A stretch of DNA of 51,888 bases, taken from contig NC_068983.1 in assembly GCF_001194135.2 (NCBI RefSeq), positions 105,996,340-106,048,227 of the forward strand. The letters are read 5' to 3'. This document shows positions 12,328 to 23,469 of this stretch, piece after piece. Position numbers and translations under genes: made by a program. Below the pieces are notes generated by a model. That model saw only the letters and a program-made list of their open reading frames with translations, made no database searches and was not told where the DNA came from. How positions within the stretch are numbered: the stretch's first letter is position 1; each line of letters starts with the position of its first letter. The stretch is from Octopus bimaculoides (taxonomy: Eukaryota).

Positions 12328-12742
12328 CAGTGATCTTTTTCAACAATTCGTGTAAGAGTCCAACAGTCTCTATCTGAAAGTTTTGGTTTTCTTCTGGAGT
12401 TTTGTTTCGACGAAGAGGTTTTCCCCTCTTTCTCAAAGGCTGTCATTACTTTCGAGACAGTACCTCTTGATACACCAAACATTTCGGCTGTTTTCGTTAC
12501 ACTAGTGCCTGCCATACGAACATCAACAATTTGACCTCTTTGAAAGTGCGACAGGTCTGTCATTTTAATGACCTTTTTCTGATGATATCTGAACAGAAAC
12601 AGCAATTTTAGCAAAATATATTAAGCAATACTAACAATAAATCAAAAAACATAAAAATAAACAAGCTTTTTACAATTTTATAGATATTTCAAAATTATGA
12701 TGCTATGATGCTAGGTGTTTCCATTATTTTGTCCAACCCCTG
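12328..12742 (-). mobile_element. Tc1-family transposon 5' half: one TIR plus truncated transposase N-terminus
   Basis: Minus strand starts CAGGGGTTGGACAAAATAATGGAAACAC, flanked by TA (12743-12744). ATG at 12563 gives MTDLSHFQRGQIV..AGTSVTKTAEMFGVSRGTVSKVMTAFEKEGKTSSSKQNSRRKPKLSDRD (paired-like HTH plus GRP-like linker). No DDE domain and no second TIR. Confidence 0.9.
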
Positions 12743-13033
12743 TATATATACTCGTGTACAAGACAAGGCATAAATAATGGTTTTTCTTGCATTAAATTTG
12801 ACTTACATCTGTTTCTAGTTGTCATTGTAGGCTCTTTATTGATACGTTTACTAAGTTGGCCCATTGATTGGTTGAGAAGAATTGAACGACCTAAAAAATT
12901 AATGCTACTTTCGTCAGAGTCATTTCTGGTTATAAGCAAGCAGAATACTGAAGGAATGGAATAGGCATGAGGAGGAGAGGTAAGAGGAGCAATAAGGATC
13001 AGTATAAGGTAAGTGGAAAAGAGATAAACAGGA

Positions 13034-13039
<6 letters not shown>

Positions 13040-13120
<81 letters not shown>
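13040..13120. repeat. (TA)n-(TG)n microsatellite
   Basis: Direct reading. Confidence 0.99.
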
Positions 13121-13621
13121 TGGAAGATGTCAAAAGAGTTAATATCTTTCAGCACGCGGCGAGTGTATATATGTACGAATAAATATATACATTTTGCTCT
13201 ACTTTTATTTATTTTCTTATCTAGGTACACACATTAAAAAAATCTAGATCTATTATTCTTTCCTTTGAAACTTTTTTCTTTTACATTCTAATTTTTGCCC
13301 ACGCAAATTTTGCTTGCTATAAATATTATCTTCTTTGCATCTGAGATTATTTGCATGAGGCGCAACGACATTCGTGAAGCTTTAAGTAGCTATGATAAAC
13401 TACATCTTTCCATTTTTACTTTAAAATGAACCACAACTGAAATTTTTATTCTGACTTTATCTGCCAAGAAAACAAATCAGAGAACAAAAACGGGAAAGGA
13501 GACGATGACACGTGCAGGTACTGTTGAAGAATATAGAAACAGTTTCAAACCCACTTTCATGAACCCTTGAAAGAAAAGAAAATACTGGTGCAGTCATTAG
13601 ACCTTTCAGACTTAATATCTT

Positions 13622-13849
13622 TTTTTTCCCCATCATTTTACTCGTTTCAGCCATTAGACTGCGGTCATGCAGAATTTTTAGTCAAATGAATCGACTCCAG
13701 TGCTTTATTTTTTTATTTAAGAGCCTGGTACTTATTCTCTCGGTCTCTTTTGCCGTAGAAGACACTTGTCCAAGGTGGCAGGCAGTGGAACTGAAACCGG
13801 AACGATGTAGTTAGGAAGCAAGCTTCCCACCCAGCCACGCCTGCACCTA
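13622..13849 (-). mobile_element. Composite SINE-B with large internal deletion
   Basis: The head/CORE-like part (GAAGACACTTGTCCAAGGTGGC..GGAACTGAAACC, 13757-13849) is joined directly to the 3' extension (13622-13755) at TTTTGCCG|TAGAAGAC. Confidence 0.7.
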
Positions 13850-14084
13850 CGATATCGAGATTATTTTTTGTCAACGCAAAACACCGTTCGTTGTCTTGGA
13901 TTCTACTGCTCCATTAAACAAGCAATTACGACTACTTTGTGTGTTACAAATTGTACATTTTTATTTTCTAATGGGAACTGCAATTTATATTTGTTTATTC
14001 ATTAACCATTTCCTACCTGAATTACAACTGTTTTCATGTTTTAAAATATCTCATGTGCTGTATTGGTAACAGATTAATATAATT

Positions 14085-14838
14085 CTTTCCACTTTAGCCA
14101 CAGAGCTCGAAATTTTAGAGGAGGTGTCTACTCAATTACATCGACCCCAGTACTTACTTTATCGACCCTGAAAGGATGAAAAGAGAAGTCAACCGCAGCG
14201 GTATTTGAACCCAGAACGTAAAACCAGAAGAAATACCACTTAGCATTTTATCCGGATCTATTTTAAAACGGGGGCCACATTTTTCATTAATGTTTTACGT
14301 AGTGTTTTTGGTACGGAAAGACTTTCAAACTTCGTATACTTATCTATTTTGTGTTATAGGACAGAATAATATTTTTGTATTCGAATTTATTTCATATAAA
14401 AAATTGTCTTATTTCGATAATTTCAACCAATCACTGACAAGTATTCAGTTGTTTACATTTACTCCTTTGGCTGATTAAGCGATGTAAAGCGTATTTAATC
14501 TCCATACCTTCGTTTTATTTGCTTTTTTCATTTTAAATTTGCTTTAACCCTAACCCTAAGGTTAGGGTTAGGGTTAATTGTTTCAGAATCGTTTGTTTAT
14601 GTAGTCGGCACTTAATGTATATCGGCTGAATGGACGTCAGTGATTGGTTGAAATTACAGAAATACGACAACTTTAACATGGAATAACTTATGGATTTCTT
14701 TTTTTTTTTTAAAGAAGACTAAGAGAAAAAGATGTTTTATATGACACATTCTACCAGTGTTCCAAGTTTCAAAGTGTTTCGTTAATGAAAAATGTGGCCC
14801 CCGTTTTAAAAAAGATCCTTTTGCCAGCTTACCGCCCT
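14085..14838 (-). mobile_element. SINE-A interrupted by MITE copy 2
   Basis: SINE-A sequence runs 14085-14253 and resumes at 14819-14838 (TTTTGCCAGCTTACCGCC) after the MITE. Confidence 0.8.
14254..14818 (+). mobile_element. MITE family 1, copy 2
   Basis: Same TIRs (GGATCTATTTTAAAACGGGGGCCAC / GTGGCCCCCGTTTTAAAAAAGATCC). Central telomeric hairpin at 14544-14577. TSD not clean (TTTTATCC vs TTTTGCCA). Confidence 0.9.
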
Positions 14839-14953
14839 TCATTTTGTCAAGTAATAATAATTTGACAAAGCAAGCGTTTCTTCAATATCCATTAGCTATG
14901 TTAGTTACCTCTGTGTGTATGTACACACTTGCTAATTCTGTATTTTCTTTCAG

Positions 14954-15011
14954 TCGACAGAGCTCAGTTCAAGAAACCTGTTCAACTTTAAACAATGCTC
15001 AAACCATTTAA
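14954..15011 (+). CDS. Candidate exon (possibly terminal) of an unidentified gene
   Basis: Good 3' splice context GCTAATTCTGTATTTTCTTTCAG (branch-like CTAAT, pyrimidine tract, AG at 14952-14953). One frame reads RQSSVQETCSTLNNAQTI*, but all three frames are open for a short distance. No homology recognised. Confidence 0.2.
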
Positions 15012-16564
15012 CATTTGCTAAAATAATATCAATAATTTTAGAATAATACGTAGAATAGGCAAACATCTACATATGTCTCAATGTCTTCCTTAATTTTCTT
15101 CCTTCTCTTTATCAGTGTATAAGTAAGCATATGTCTGGTTTGAAAGCAATGACAACTTTACAATTAATATATAAAATAACATGGACACATGTTCTTAATG
15201 GAAAACAATGCAGAAAAGAAAAAAAATGTAACAAGTTTCGTGGAATGAAAATTTAGTTGCTATTTAGCGCCCTGGTTTCAGGTTGGAAACGCATAAAGAC
15301 TGCAGCCCACGTTGTTGCTATTAGTAAAAATACTATGCAAAAGATTTCAACAAGAGTTTATATGGAAGACAAATAATGTATGATTGTGTATGTATGAGTG
15401 CATTTTTATATCATAGTATTTTGTTGTGCGGTATGATGGATTGCCAAGTATGCGTTTGTATTTTCTTGCGTTGTACTTGATATCAGGAGATGTTGACGAG
15501 AAAGAATCTTCTAGATTGAAGGAAAAGGAAAAGTATAACAAAGTGACAATAAATATTAAAAAAAATTTAAACCAAGCATTGTGCAATTTTCCCGTTTATC
15601 TCATTTTTAGAAAAGTTTAGAAAAAGAACCATCGCAGGTGGCTGTTGATGATGGGGATTTCTTGTACGAGAAAGGACGATTCTGAGGGATGGGGCTTATA
15701 ATTCGAGTTGTTTTTGGTTAAAAAATAAATAAATGAAAAATAGAAATGACATTAACACGTCTTCTACCAGTATTCTAGAATATTCCATAACTTACATTCT
15801 TTCTCTCTCTCTCTCTTTCGTAATCACTGTGATACTGTCATATTGACTTTTCCTTAATTCTGTCATCATGACGGGAGTGGAAAAGAAATAAACTGTATTT
15901 TGAGAGACGGGATGGTGTGGAATGGCAAAGACAAAGAAAGAGAAATTAACAAAAAAGTATGCGAATAAAAAGGTACGGTTCGAAAAGGGATTAAACTCAC
16001 ATATACGTGTGTGTGTGTGTAAAACATATACGTATCCACACACACACATTATATACATACATACGCGCGCGCGCGTGAAATAGGAAACGAGAGAGCTGAA
16101 GGAGATTCAGATGGATTTTTTTCGAAAATCTGAAATACATCATTAAGATATGACATTTATGCCACTGAAAATGTTTGTAGATGATAAAACTTTTTTTTAA
16201 AAAACTAAATATGTCTTTTATTATGTATATATTATAGGTGATACATCCGTCCTTCCATTAATCTAGATATTTCACCTAGAAACAGATAATGCACGCTTAC
16301 ACACAAAACCGTCTAACCTGAGTCATAGACATGGCTGCAGAAACAAAGTAATGGATGTTTACAACATAACAATATTTGATGGGTTAACAAAGAGCACAAC
16401 AACAGTTGCTGGCAAAAGATTTCTTCACGAGACAACGGATAGATAAAGAGCCAACGCTCGACATGCAAGTAATAACGACCAAACGTCCCTCAAATCACAC
16501 ACAGTTCAAAAAGAAGACATCCCGTTGATTGGCAAAGATCCACAGACCAGACACCTTTAAACTT

Positions 16565-16850
16565 TTTAACCAAAGGATGCGTCTCTTCCTTATTCTTCTC
16601 CGCTATTACAATGGTCTCTTCTAGTTAACTGCATACCACCAGAACCTCCACCCACTGTCGAAGCCCACTCAATGCAATCGTTTCGCCTCCTCTTATCCAT
16701 TCTGTGTCTCATCTCACACGCTCTAATTTTACTACTACATCCAATCCTTCTTCAGAACGTAATCTCTCTGTTATTTCTTTCCTCATTCACATTTTCCCTT
16801 CAAACGTCGACTTACAGCGATCATATCAATCTCACCTATCAAGAAGAGCT
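16565..16850 (+). mobile_element. L2/CR1-group LINE 3' remnant
   Basis: GGATGCGTCTCTTCCTTATTCTTCT..CGCTATTACAATGGTCTCTT (RYYNGL) and TTCTTCAGAACG..ATTTTCCCTTCAAACGTCGACTTACAG (FFRT..IFPSNVDLQ). Parallels 11640-12035. Confidence 0.6.
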
Positions 16851-17611
16851 TATAAAGACCATTGGGTACCACTCCTTCCTTCTGTCCACCTTACCGACCT
16901 AAAAAATGGTGGATGGGTGGGAGAACACAGTGATTAGAATATACAAGAGGACAGAATAATCATTGCTGGAATGGTTCTGATTACTCAAGACTGACATGGG
17001 GACTTAACAACAACAAAAACAAGGACGACGATGATGAGCAAAAGTCTCGTGGATGAACGTGTAACTATGTTGTTTGGAAAGGAGAGAATGGTCACTACCG
17101 AGTAAAAAAATCGCTCCCAAGATGCATTCGAACCATAGTTGTAAACATCGATTCAGTCGTACTGAGTCAGTGATATTTAGAATGAAAATGAGAAATTCAT
17201 AAAGGGTATGAAGTGACTGGAGTGTTCAGTGTTATTAAATCGTCTGATACATTGCGATTGGGACTTCTAATTTATGAAGCACCAGGTGATGATGGTTATG
17301 ACCATGACGCTGCTTATGATGGTGGTGATGATGATAGTGTTGGTGACCATAGACATATGGAGATGATAATGATGATGGACATCAGGAATGCCTGAGAGGA
17401 GCGTGTTTCAACTCCAAACATTGGACGATTACATGTTAGATACCAAACATTTTTTTATGATCATAAGAAATGTTTTATCGGAACGATTAACGAAACCGAA
17501 ATCATGAAGTTTCGAAACAAGAGAACCTTCACAGATTTCTAGCTTCTGCCTCAAAAATTCTGAGACTAACATGAAGTTAATCGGTTCGTTCCAGTGGGTA
17601 TTTACCACAAC

Positions 17612-17613
<2 letters not shown>

Positions 17614-17675
<62 letters not shown>
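17614..17675. repeat. (TG)n microsatellite
   Basis: Direct reading; abuts the mariner MITE. Confidence 0.99.
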
Positions 17676-17678
<3 letters not shown>

Positions 17679-17890
17679 GCGTGCTGAAAAGTCCCTGGCT
17701 TTAAGGGTGTCGGGAAAGGCTTAGTTGGAGGCCCAACCTTCCATGTTCTTTTACAGAGCTTAGAAAAACTGAAGAACCGCTGCAATAAGTGTGTGAATCT
17801 GAGAGGGGAATATGTTAAATAAAATCATAAATTAACCGATCCTCCTGTATCTTCTTTTATCCAAAGCCAGGAAGTTTTCAGCACCCCTCG
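17674..17890 (+). mobile_element. Mariner-derived MITE, copy 1
   Basis: TIRs (T)GAGGGCGTGCTGAAAAGTCCCTGGCTT / AAGCCAGGAAGTTTTCAGCACCCCTCG followed by TA. The interior keeps the last codons of a mariner transposase (..LEKLKNRCNKCVNLRGEYVK*). Confidence 0.85.
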
Positions 17891-19164
17891 TATAGTGGCG
17901 TTTAGAGGCAGAGATGATTTTAATAAATCAAGAATTTAAAACTTAAAGGAGAAGTATTACGAATTACTGAAAAAAGCCAGAAATAGAAATATCAGACATT
18001 TTAAACTGGTATTACAGTAGAGTGCATGTGTGTATGCATATATGCATATACTTATATATGATAAACACAAATGTACACGAGTACGTACACACACACACAC
18101 ACACACACATATACATACGTACATATGTATTTGTGTACGTATGAGAATGTACATGCATGTGTATCATCATCATAGGTAATTTGATTCCAGTGAATTTATT
18201 TAGGTTTCATAAGATGGCTTTAAAAGTCTTTATCCGTACTAAAAAGACTATTTAAAAGGACATGAAAACTGGAGCGCAGCGGAATCTAGGCTTCTTTGCC
18301 GTAGACCTGTTTCCTGCTTTAGTACACTGTGTACACACACACACACACACTGTAATATAAATAAAGTCTGAATAAGAGTGGTTCATGAGTAGAAGTCTGG
18401 TCCTTGCGCAAGTGAGGTAAAATTTGAAGGAAGTATTTTAAAACAACACAAACAGACGAATAACGGAAATATAAAAGTTGATATGTTATTTTTGGTCGAG
18501 AATGAAGAAACGTATTCTTGAAAGTTGTACGTTTGGGATTATTTGACCTTCATTAGAAAGGAAAAAAAGAAGAAATGGAAAAATAAAAAAATGTGGACAC
18601 GTGCATAATTAACATAATGTTATATGTTAATTAAAGATGCAGAATTGAAGAGACCAATGCGGTTTTTATGACCAAGAGGACGATACTCAACACAAGTCAG
18701 ACGAGAGTGATTGTATACATGGCGCGGAACGTGTGTGGGTTGCAATATGTTGTATGCATTTAGTGACTTGTAGCCGCTGTGTGTGTGTGTGTGTGTGTGT
18801 ATTTCAACGTGTATATAACTACAGAAAATTCAGTCGATAATATAATCCATAAGGTTGAGTTATACAGAGCTAGATGATTTGATATTCGCGTTGAATGGCA
18901 GGAGAAAGAAGAGCCATTGTAACGGAAGAGACTGAAAACAGAGAGGTGATAAGAGTTATGGTCCGCTGAGGGCAGTGTGTGTGTGTGTGTGTGTGTGTGA
19001 CCACAGCGTCATTCACACGCGAGTACGATATGGTAGTATGTGCCATTCTCTCACTAAATGTTTGGGGTAAATGTGTATTCAGACATGTATCCTCTTGCAG
19101 CAGTTCCACACTTGTCTCAAGCAGAACATCCAAGATATGACAAGTGGGAAAGGAGAGAGGGTTA

Positions 19165-19280
19165 CGTCAGCTCCTGGTTGGTATTAATTTCAACCAAGTA
19201 GACTGGATCAACATGAAATGAGTGTGCCTTGCTCAAGGATACAACGCTTCGCCCAGTTCATGAATCAAATCTATACTGAG
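19165..19280 (-). mobile_element. Degenerate CORE-type SINE fragment
   Basis: GTGTGCCTTGCTCAAGGATACAACGC is the reverse complement of the CORE-like GTGTTCTTGAGCAAGACAC at 19856-19874. Confidence 0.5.
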
Positions 19281-19805
19281 GTTACAAGAAGAAAAAAAAA
19301 GCTGAAATCATACTTGACAAGGATCAAAATATTAACTTTTACTGAATTGTGTATATTGATTGTTAAATAAGCATTTTTAATAAATCAAGAATATATTTTG
19401 TATAGTATTTGATATACCTGTATTCTTCTATGTCATTCACGTACATGCCATTGGCCAGTTATTTCTCGTAGCTCATTTTTGTTTGTGAAAATTACCCACG
19501 ACATAAACATGTTCTACCTCGTTTGTATATGTGCATGTACCTTGGGGCTGGAGATAGGTTAGGACGATTGTTGTGTTGATGATACCCATAAATTTTAAAA
19601 TAAAATTTAGGATTTATAGAGGGTCAAAGTTGGGAACAAAAAATGACAGTGGAGACATAAAAGGAAACCGAACGAAAACAAACATGGAGGGTCGTTAGAC
19701 CAGAACGAGAGGAAAATAGTGAACGCTAAGAGAAACATTTTTCTGAAAAGAGAAAAGATAGAAGAGAGAGAAAAAAACATGTCCACACTTTAAAATCTCC
19801 ATGCA

Positions 19806-20107
19806 GCTTACGATCGCGAGGTTGTGAGTTCGAATCCCGGACCGGGCTGCGTATTGTGTTCTTGAGCAAGACACTTTATTTCACGTTGCTCCAGTTCACT
19901 CAGCTGTAGAAATGAGTTGCAACGTCACTGGTGCCAAGCTGTATCGGCCTTTGCCTTTCCCTTGGATAACACTGGTGGCATGGAGAGGGGAGGCCGGTAT
20001 GCATGGGCGACTGCTGGTCTTCCATAAACAACCTTGCCCCGACTTGTGTCTGGGAGGGTAACTTTCTAGGTGCAATCCCATAGTCAGTCATGACCGAAGA
20101 GGGTCTC
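19806..20107 (+). mobile_element. CORE-type tRNA-derived SINE (5' truncated head)
   Basis: B box GAGTTCGAATCC (19826-19837), then CORE-like TTCTTGAGCAAGACACTTTATTTCACGTTGCTCCAGTTCACTCAGCTGTAGAAATGAGT. Confidence 0.8.
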
Positions 20108-20136
20108 AACACACACACACACATATGTATATATAT

Positions 20137-20279
20137 ACGACGGGCTTCTTTCAATTTTCGTCTACCAAATCCATTCACAATTCTTTGGTAGAAGACACTC
20201 GCTCAGGGTGCCACGCAGTGGGACTGAACCCGGAAACATGTGATTGAGAAAGAAGCTTCTTCCCGCAAAACCACGCCTA
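20137..20279 (-). mobile_element. SINE-B (CORE-type), internally deleted
   Basis: Homologous to 49761-49926; lacks the CGGCCCGAGGCTAT segment. Confidence 0.85.
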
Positions 20280-20805
20280 TGACTGTTACGTTTCAGAGTT
20301 TCGCATTCGTTATTCACTGCAAAAACTCTATAATAGCAGCAACAGTGTGTTATCCTAGATTCCTATAAATATACAAACTCTTTGTGTTACTTGCATTTAT
20401 AATCAAAAGCGCGCGCGTGTATGTGTACGTGCGTGTGTGTGTACTTACACGCGAATGTAATTCTCGTTAGTATGTTAGGGTCTATATATACATCAACATC
20501 TTTCTCTTGACTGATAATGTTTCATTAACGAACGTTTCAGTTTTGTGATAACATTCATGTGAGGATGCAAAACGTACATGGTTCTGAGGCCGTGTGATGT
20601 TAACACTGTGTGTTAATGGAAATGTGACATAATGCTGTTGGAGGTTAGAAGTGGTATTGGAGAGGGTGAGGGTCGTGGTGGCGTACTGTACTGAACATGC
20701 GTGGGAGGGTTTTCTGCTGCGCGATTGAAGAAGACATAACTTTCACAATTATTTTAAGGCCCACCAGAAATGCTAATTAATTTCCTCCATCAGCATCAAC
20801 ACCAA

Positions 20806-20897
20806 ACAAACAACGACGACGACGACGATGACCACCACCACCACCACCACCACCACCACCGCCGCCGCCATCATTAAGACAAACAACAACAATAATA
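20806..20897. repeat. Compound (GAC)/(CAC)/(AAC/AAT) microsatellite
   Basis: Direct reading. Confidence 0.9.
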
Positions 20898-21093
20898 ATT
20901 CTTTCTAATTTTGGCACAAAGCTAGCAATTTTGAGGAGAGGGGCAAGTCAGCTGGTACTTATTTTATCGATCACGAAAGGATGAAAGGTAAAGTTGAAAT
21001 CGGCGGAATTTGAACTCAGAATATAAAAAGCCGAAAGAAACGTCACTTAGTATTTTGTCCAACGTGTTGACGATTCTGTCTGTTCGCCGTCTT
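20898..21093 (-). mobile_element. SINE-A
   Basis: Family block present; tail subtype TTTTGGCACAAAGCTAGCAATT. Confidence 0.85.
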
Positions 21094-21104
21094 AATAATA
21101 ATAA

Positions 21105-21305
21105 CCTTTCCACTATAAGTACAATTTCGAGTTGGGTGTTAAGTCGATCACATCAACTCCAGTGCTCAACTGGTACGTATTTTATCGACCCTGAGAGGAT
21201 GAAAGGCAAAGTCGACCTCGGTAGAATTTGAACTCAGAACGTAAATACGGACGAAATGCCGTTGAGCATTTTGCCCGGCGTGCTAATGATTCTTCCAGCT
21301 CTCCA
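21105..21305 (-). mobile_element. SINE-A (full head), tandem to the previous copy
   Basis: Family block plus full head GAATTTGAACTCAGAAC..GCATTTTGCCCGGCGTGCTAATGATTCTTCCAGCT. Confidence 0.85.
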
Positions 21306-21339
21306 CTCTACTACCACTACTACTACTACTACAACAATA

Positions 21340-21903
21340 GGATCTATTTTAAAACGGGGGCCACATTTTTCATTAATGTTTTACGTAGTGTTTTTGGTAC
21401 GGAAAGACTTTCAAACTTCGTATACTTATCTATTTTGTGTTATAGAACAGAAAAATATTTTTGTATTCGAATTTATTTCATGTAAAAAATTGTCTTATTT
21501 CGATAATTTCAACCAATCACTGACAAGTATTCAGTTGTTTACATTTACTCCTTTGGCTGATTAAGCGATGTAAAGCGTATTTAATCTCCATACCTTCGTT
21601 TTATTTGCTTTTTTCATTTTAAATTTGCTTTAACCCTAACCCTAGGGTTAGGGTTAGGGTTAATTGTTTCAGAATCGTTTGTTTATGTAGTCGGCACTTA
21701 ATGTATATCGGCTGAATGGACGTCAGTGATTGGTTGAAATTACAGAAATACGACAACTTTAACATGGAATAACTTATGGATTTCTTTTTTTTTTTAAAGA
21801 ATACTAAGAGAAAAAGATGTTTTATATGACACATTCTACCAGTGTTCCAAGTTTCAAAGTGTTTCGTTAATGAAAAATGTGGCCCCCGTTTTAAAAAAGA
21901 TCC
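21340..21903 (+). mobile_element. MITE family 1, copy 3
   Basis: Same TIRs. Perfect TSD CAACAATA at 21332-21339 and 21904-21911. Nearly identical to copy 2. Telomeric palindrome at 21630-21663. Confidence 0.93.
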
Positions 21904-21907
21904 CAAC

Positions 21908-21939
21908 AATAATAATAATAATGATGATAATGATAATAC

Positions 21940-21989
<50 letters not shown>
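21908..21989. repeat. (AAT)n microsatellite
   Basis: Direct reading. Confidence 0.97.
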
Positions 21990-22009
21990 TATTCTATTAA
22001 CCCCCAAGG

Positions 22010-22097
22010 TTTGGCAAGCACAAAGTCTGAAATTTGGGAGAATCGATGCAATCCAGTGTTAGACAAATACATTATTTTATCAACCCCAGAAGTATAA
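22010..22097 (-). mobile_element. Degenerate SINE-A 3' fragment
   Basis: GCACAAAGTCTGAAATTTGGGAG..TTATTTTATCAACCCCAGAAG resembles the SINE-A tail and core. Confidence 0.5.
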
Positions 22098-22310
22098 AAC
22101 ACAACATGCTTAGTCTTAACTAAGAGTGACTATATGTATATACGATTGTTGAGAGCAACGTATTTAAAATACAATAAACAGAAAAGCATAAATTTTCAAT
22201 AGAAATTCATAAAAAACTACCATCATTTATATAATTACGTAATTAAAATATTAGTCTTAAATTTAAAAGTAATGTACAACACATGTCTTCAGGTGAAATG
22301 TGTGTGTGTA

Positions 22311-22412
<102 letters not shown>

Positions 22413-22429
22413 AGTTAACTGCACGGAGG

Positions 22430-23000
22430 CAATCCGTGAAAATTAGGCCGATATGTAAAACAAGTCAAATAACTGAATGTGTGGAGGCGTCTTCGTTGGT
22501 TCTGGAAATTGTTTTTATTGATGTTGTTTGGCTTCGGTTGAACAGACCTTTCGTCAAAAGCACTTTAGAAGTCAACATACCATATTTCTTTTTCCAGGTG
22601 TAGTGTATCTGAAACTATACTATCCAATACGTTGAAGTGTATGAGAATAATTTAATTATATAGAAATCGTTGTCATAGTTATTTTAAAGAACCAGGTATT
22701 TGGGTAGATAAGATAGACTTTTATAAAAATAACAGCCGTTGAAATGCGAAGGAATAACAGGGAATCAGTTAATAATGTGTAAATATAACAAGGTTTTCTT
22801 AGCATAACATAAGATAAAACCGGAAACTAAATCCTGGGGGATGTTGAGTGTGTAGGGAGTGGAACCCTTATATCAGAATAGGTGAGAGAGAGAGGTGAGA
22901 TCCTTGTGAATGAATGAGACTGAGAATAGTAACGAGATATCGATAATTCTAAGACATTGCCAAGGATCTCGTTTTGTAACATGAAGAATCCCTTTTCAAG
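22430..23000 (-). mobile_element. Possible ancient LINE RT remnant
   Basis: Minus strand YVDF*SAFD (about 22554-22580) resembles the F(L/V)DFSKAFD motif. FSYLT lies downstream and SPLSLT upstream, in plausible order. Very degenerate. Confidence 0.3.
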
Positions 23001-23159
23001 GAATTAATGTCAGCGATTAAATTTCCAGATCTAAAAATATAATCTCGAGTTAAAAGAAAGATATAGTCAATCTTCATCATCATCTAAAAACACTGAACGT
23101 ACAATACCGACATGTTTCTTGAAAATACAAACACAATCGCAAAAATAGAAGTTACGCTG

Positions 23160-23450
23160 ATATTGTTTTGAACCCATATCAAACCCTGATCCAATAGCAC
23201 TCCCTGATCAAAAGCTCTCTAGCGGTTGCCATCCCGCCTCGGTGCATCCAAAATTATATTAGCCAATATATCTTTCTTTTTAATACGGTAGGCTACAGTT
23301 TGAGGAAGGTTTAGATGTTATTTCTAGCTGGTCGAGTGGCTTTAATGTGAAAAGATCTTTGTAAACGCTCGATCTGCTAGAAATAGCAACCAAAATCGTA
23401 AAAATCACATTTTAGTGTAGCATCTAAAAAAAAAAATATGGGGAGAGCAC
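23160..23450. repeat. Dispersed repeat family E (GACCTGCTAGAAATAGCAGCCAAAT-type motif)
   Basis: CTCGATCTGCTAGAAATAGCAACCAAAATC at about 23368-23397. Related motifs at about 16465-16505, 26415-26460 (rc), 35250-35290 (rc), 42525-42546 and 44960-44985. Class unknown; boundaries approximate. Confidence 0.55.
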
Positions 23451-23469
23451 ATTGCACAACGTAGTGATA

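Noticed and set aside
12895-12935. Minus-strand CTGACGA hammerhead core box
   Set aside because: No stem II or GAAA follows.
14544-14577. TTAGGG repeats as a true telomere or chromosome-fusion scar
   Set aside because: There are only 2-3 units per side, always at the same position inside a TSD-flanked MITE.
15426-15620. ORF MRYDGLPSMRLYFLAL..DVDEKESSRLKEKEK as a coding exon
   Set aside because: GTG start, weak splice signals and no recognisable domain.
17360-17560. Weak LINE RT-like words on the minus strand (LVSKLHDFG, SGIP); similar hints at 6640-6830 and 25250-25420
   Set aside because: Too degenerate to separate from chance without an HMM search.
21256-21909. Recurrent peptides MFYVVFLV..DFQTSYTYLF and LKRGPHFSLTKHFETWNTG in four places
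   Set aside because: They are conceptual translations of a non-coding MITE. They end at different stops in different copies and resemble no transposase.
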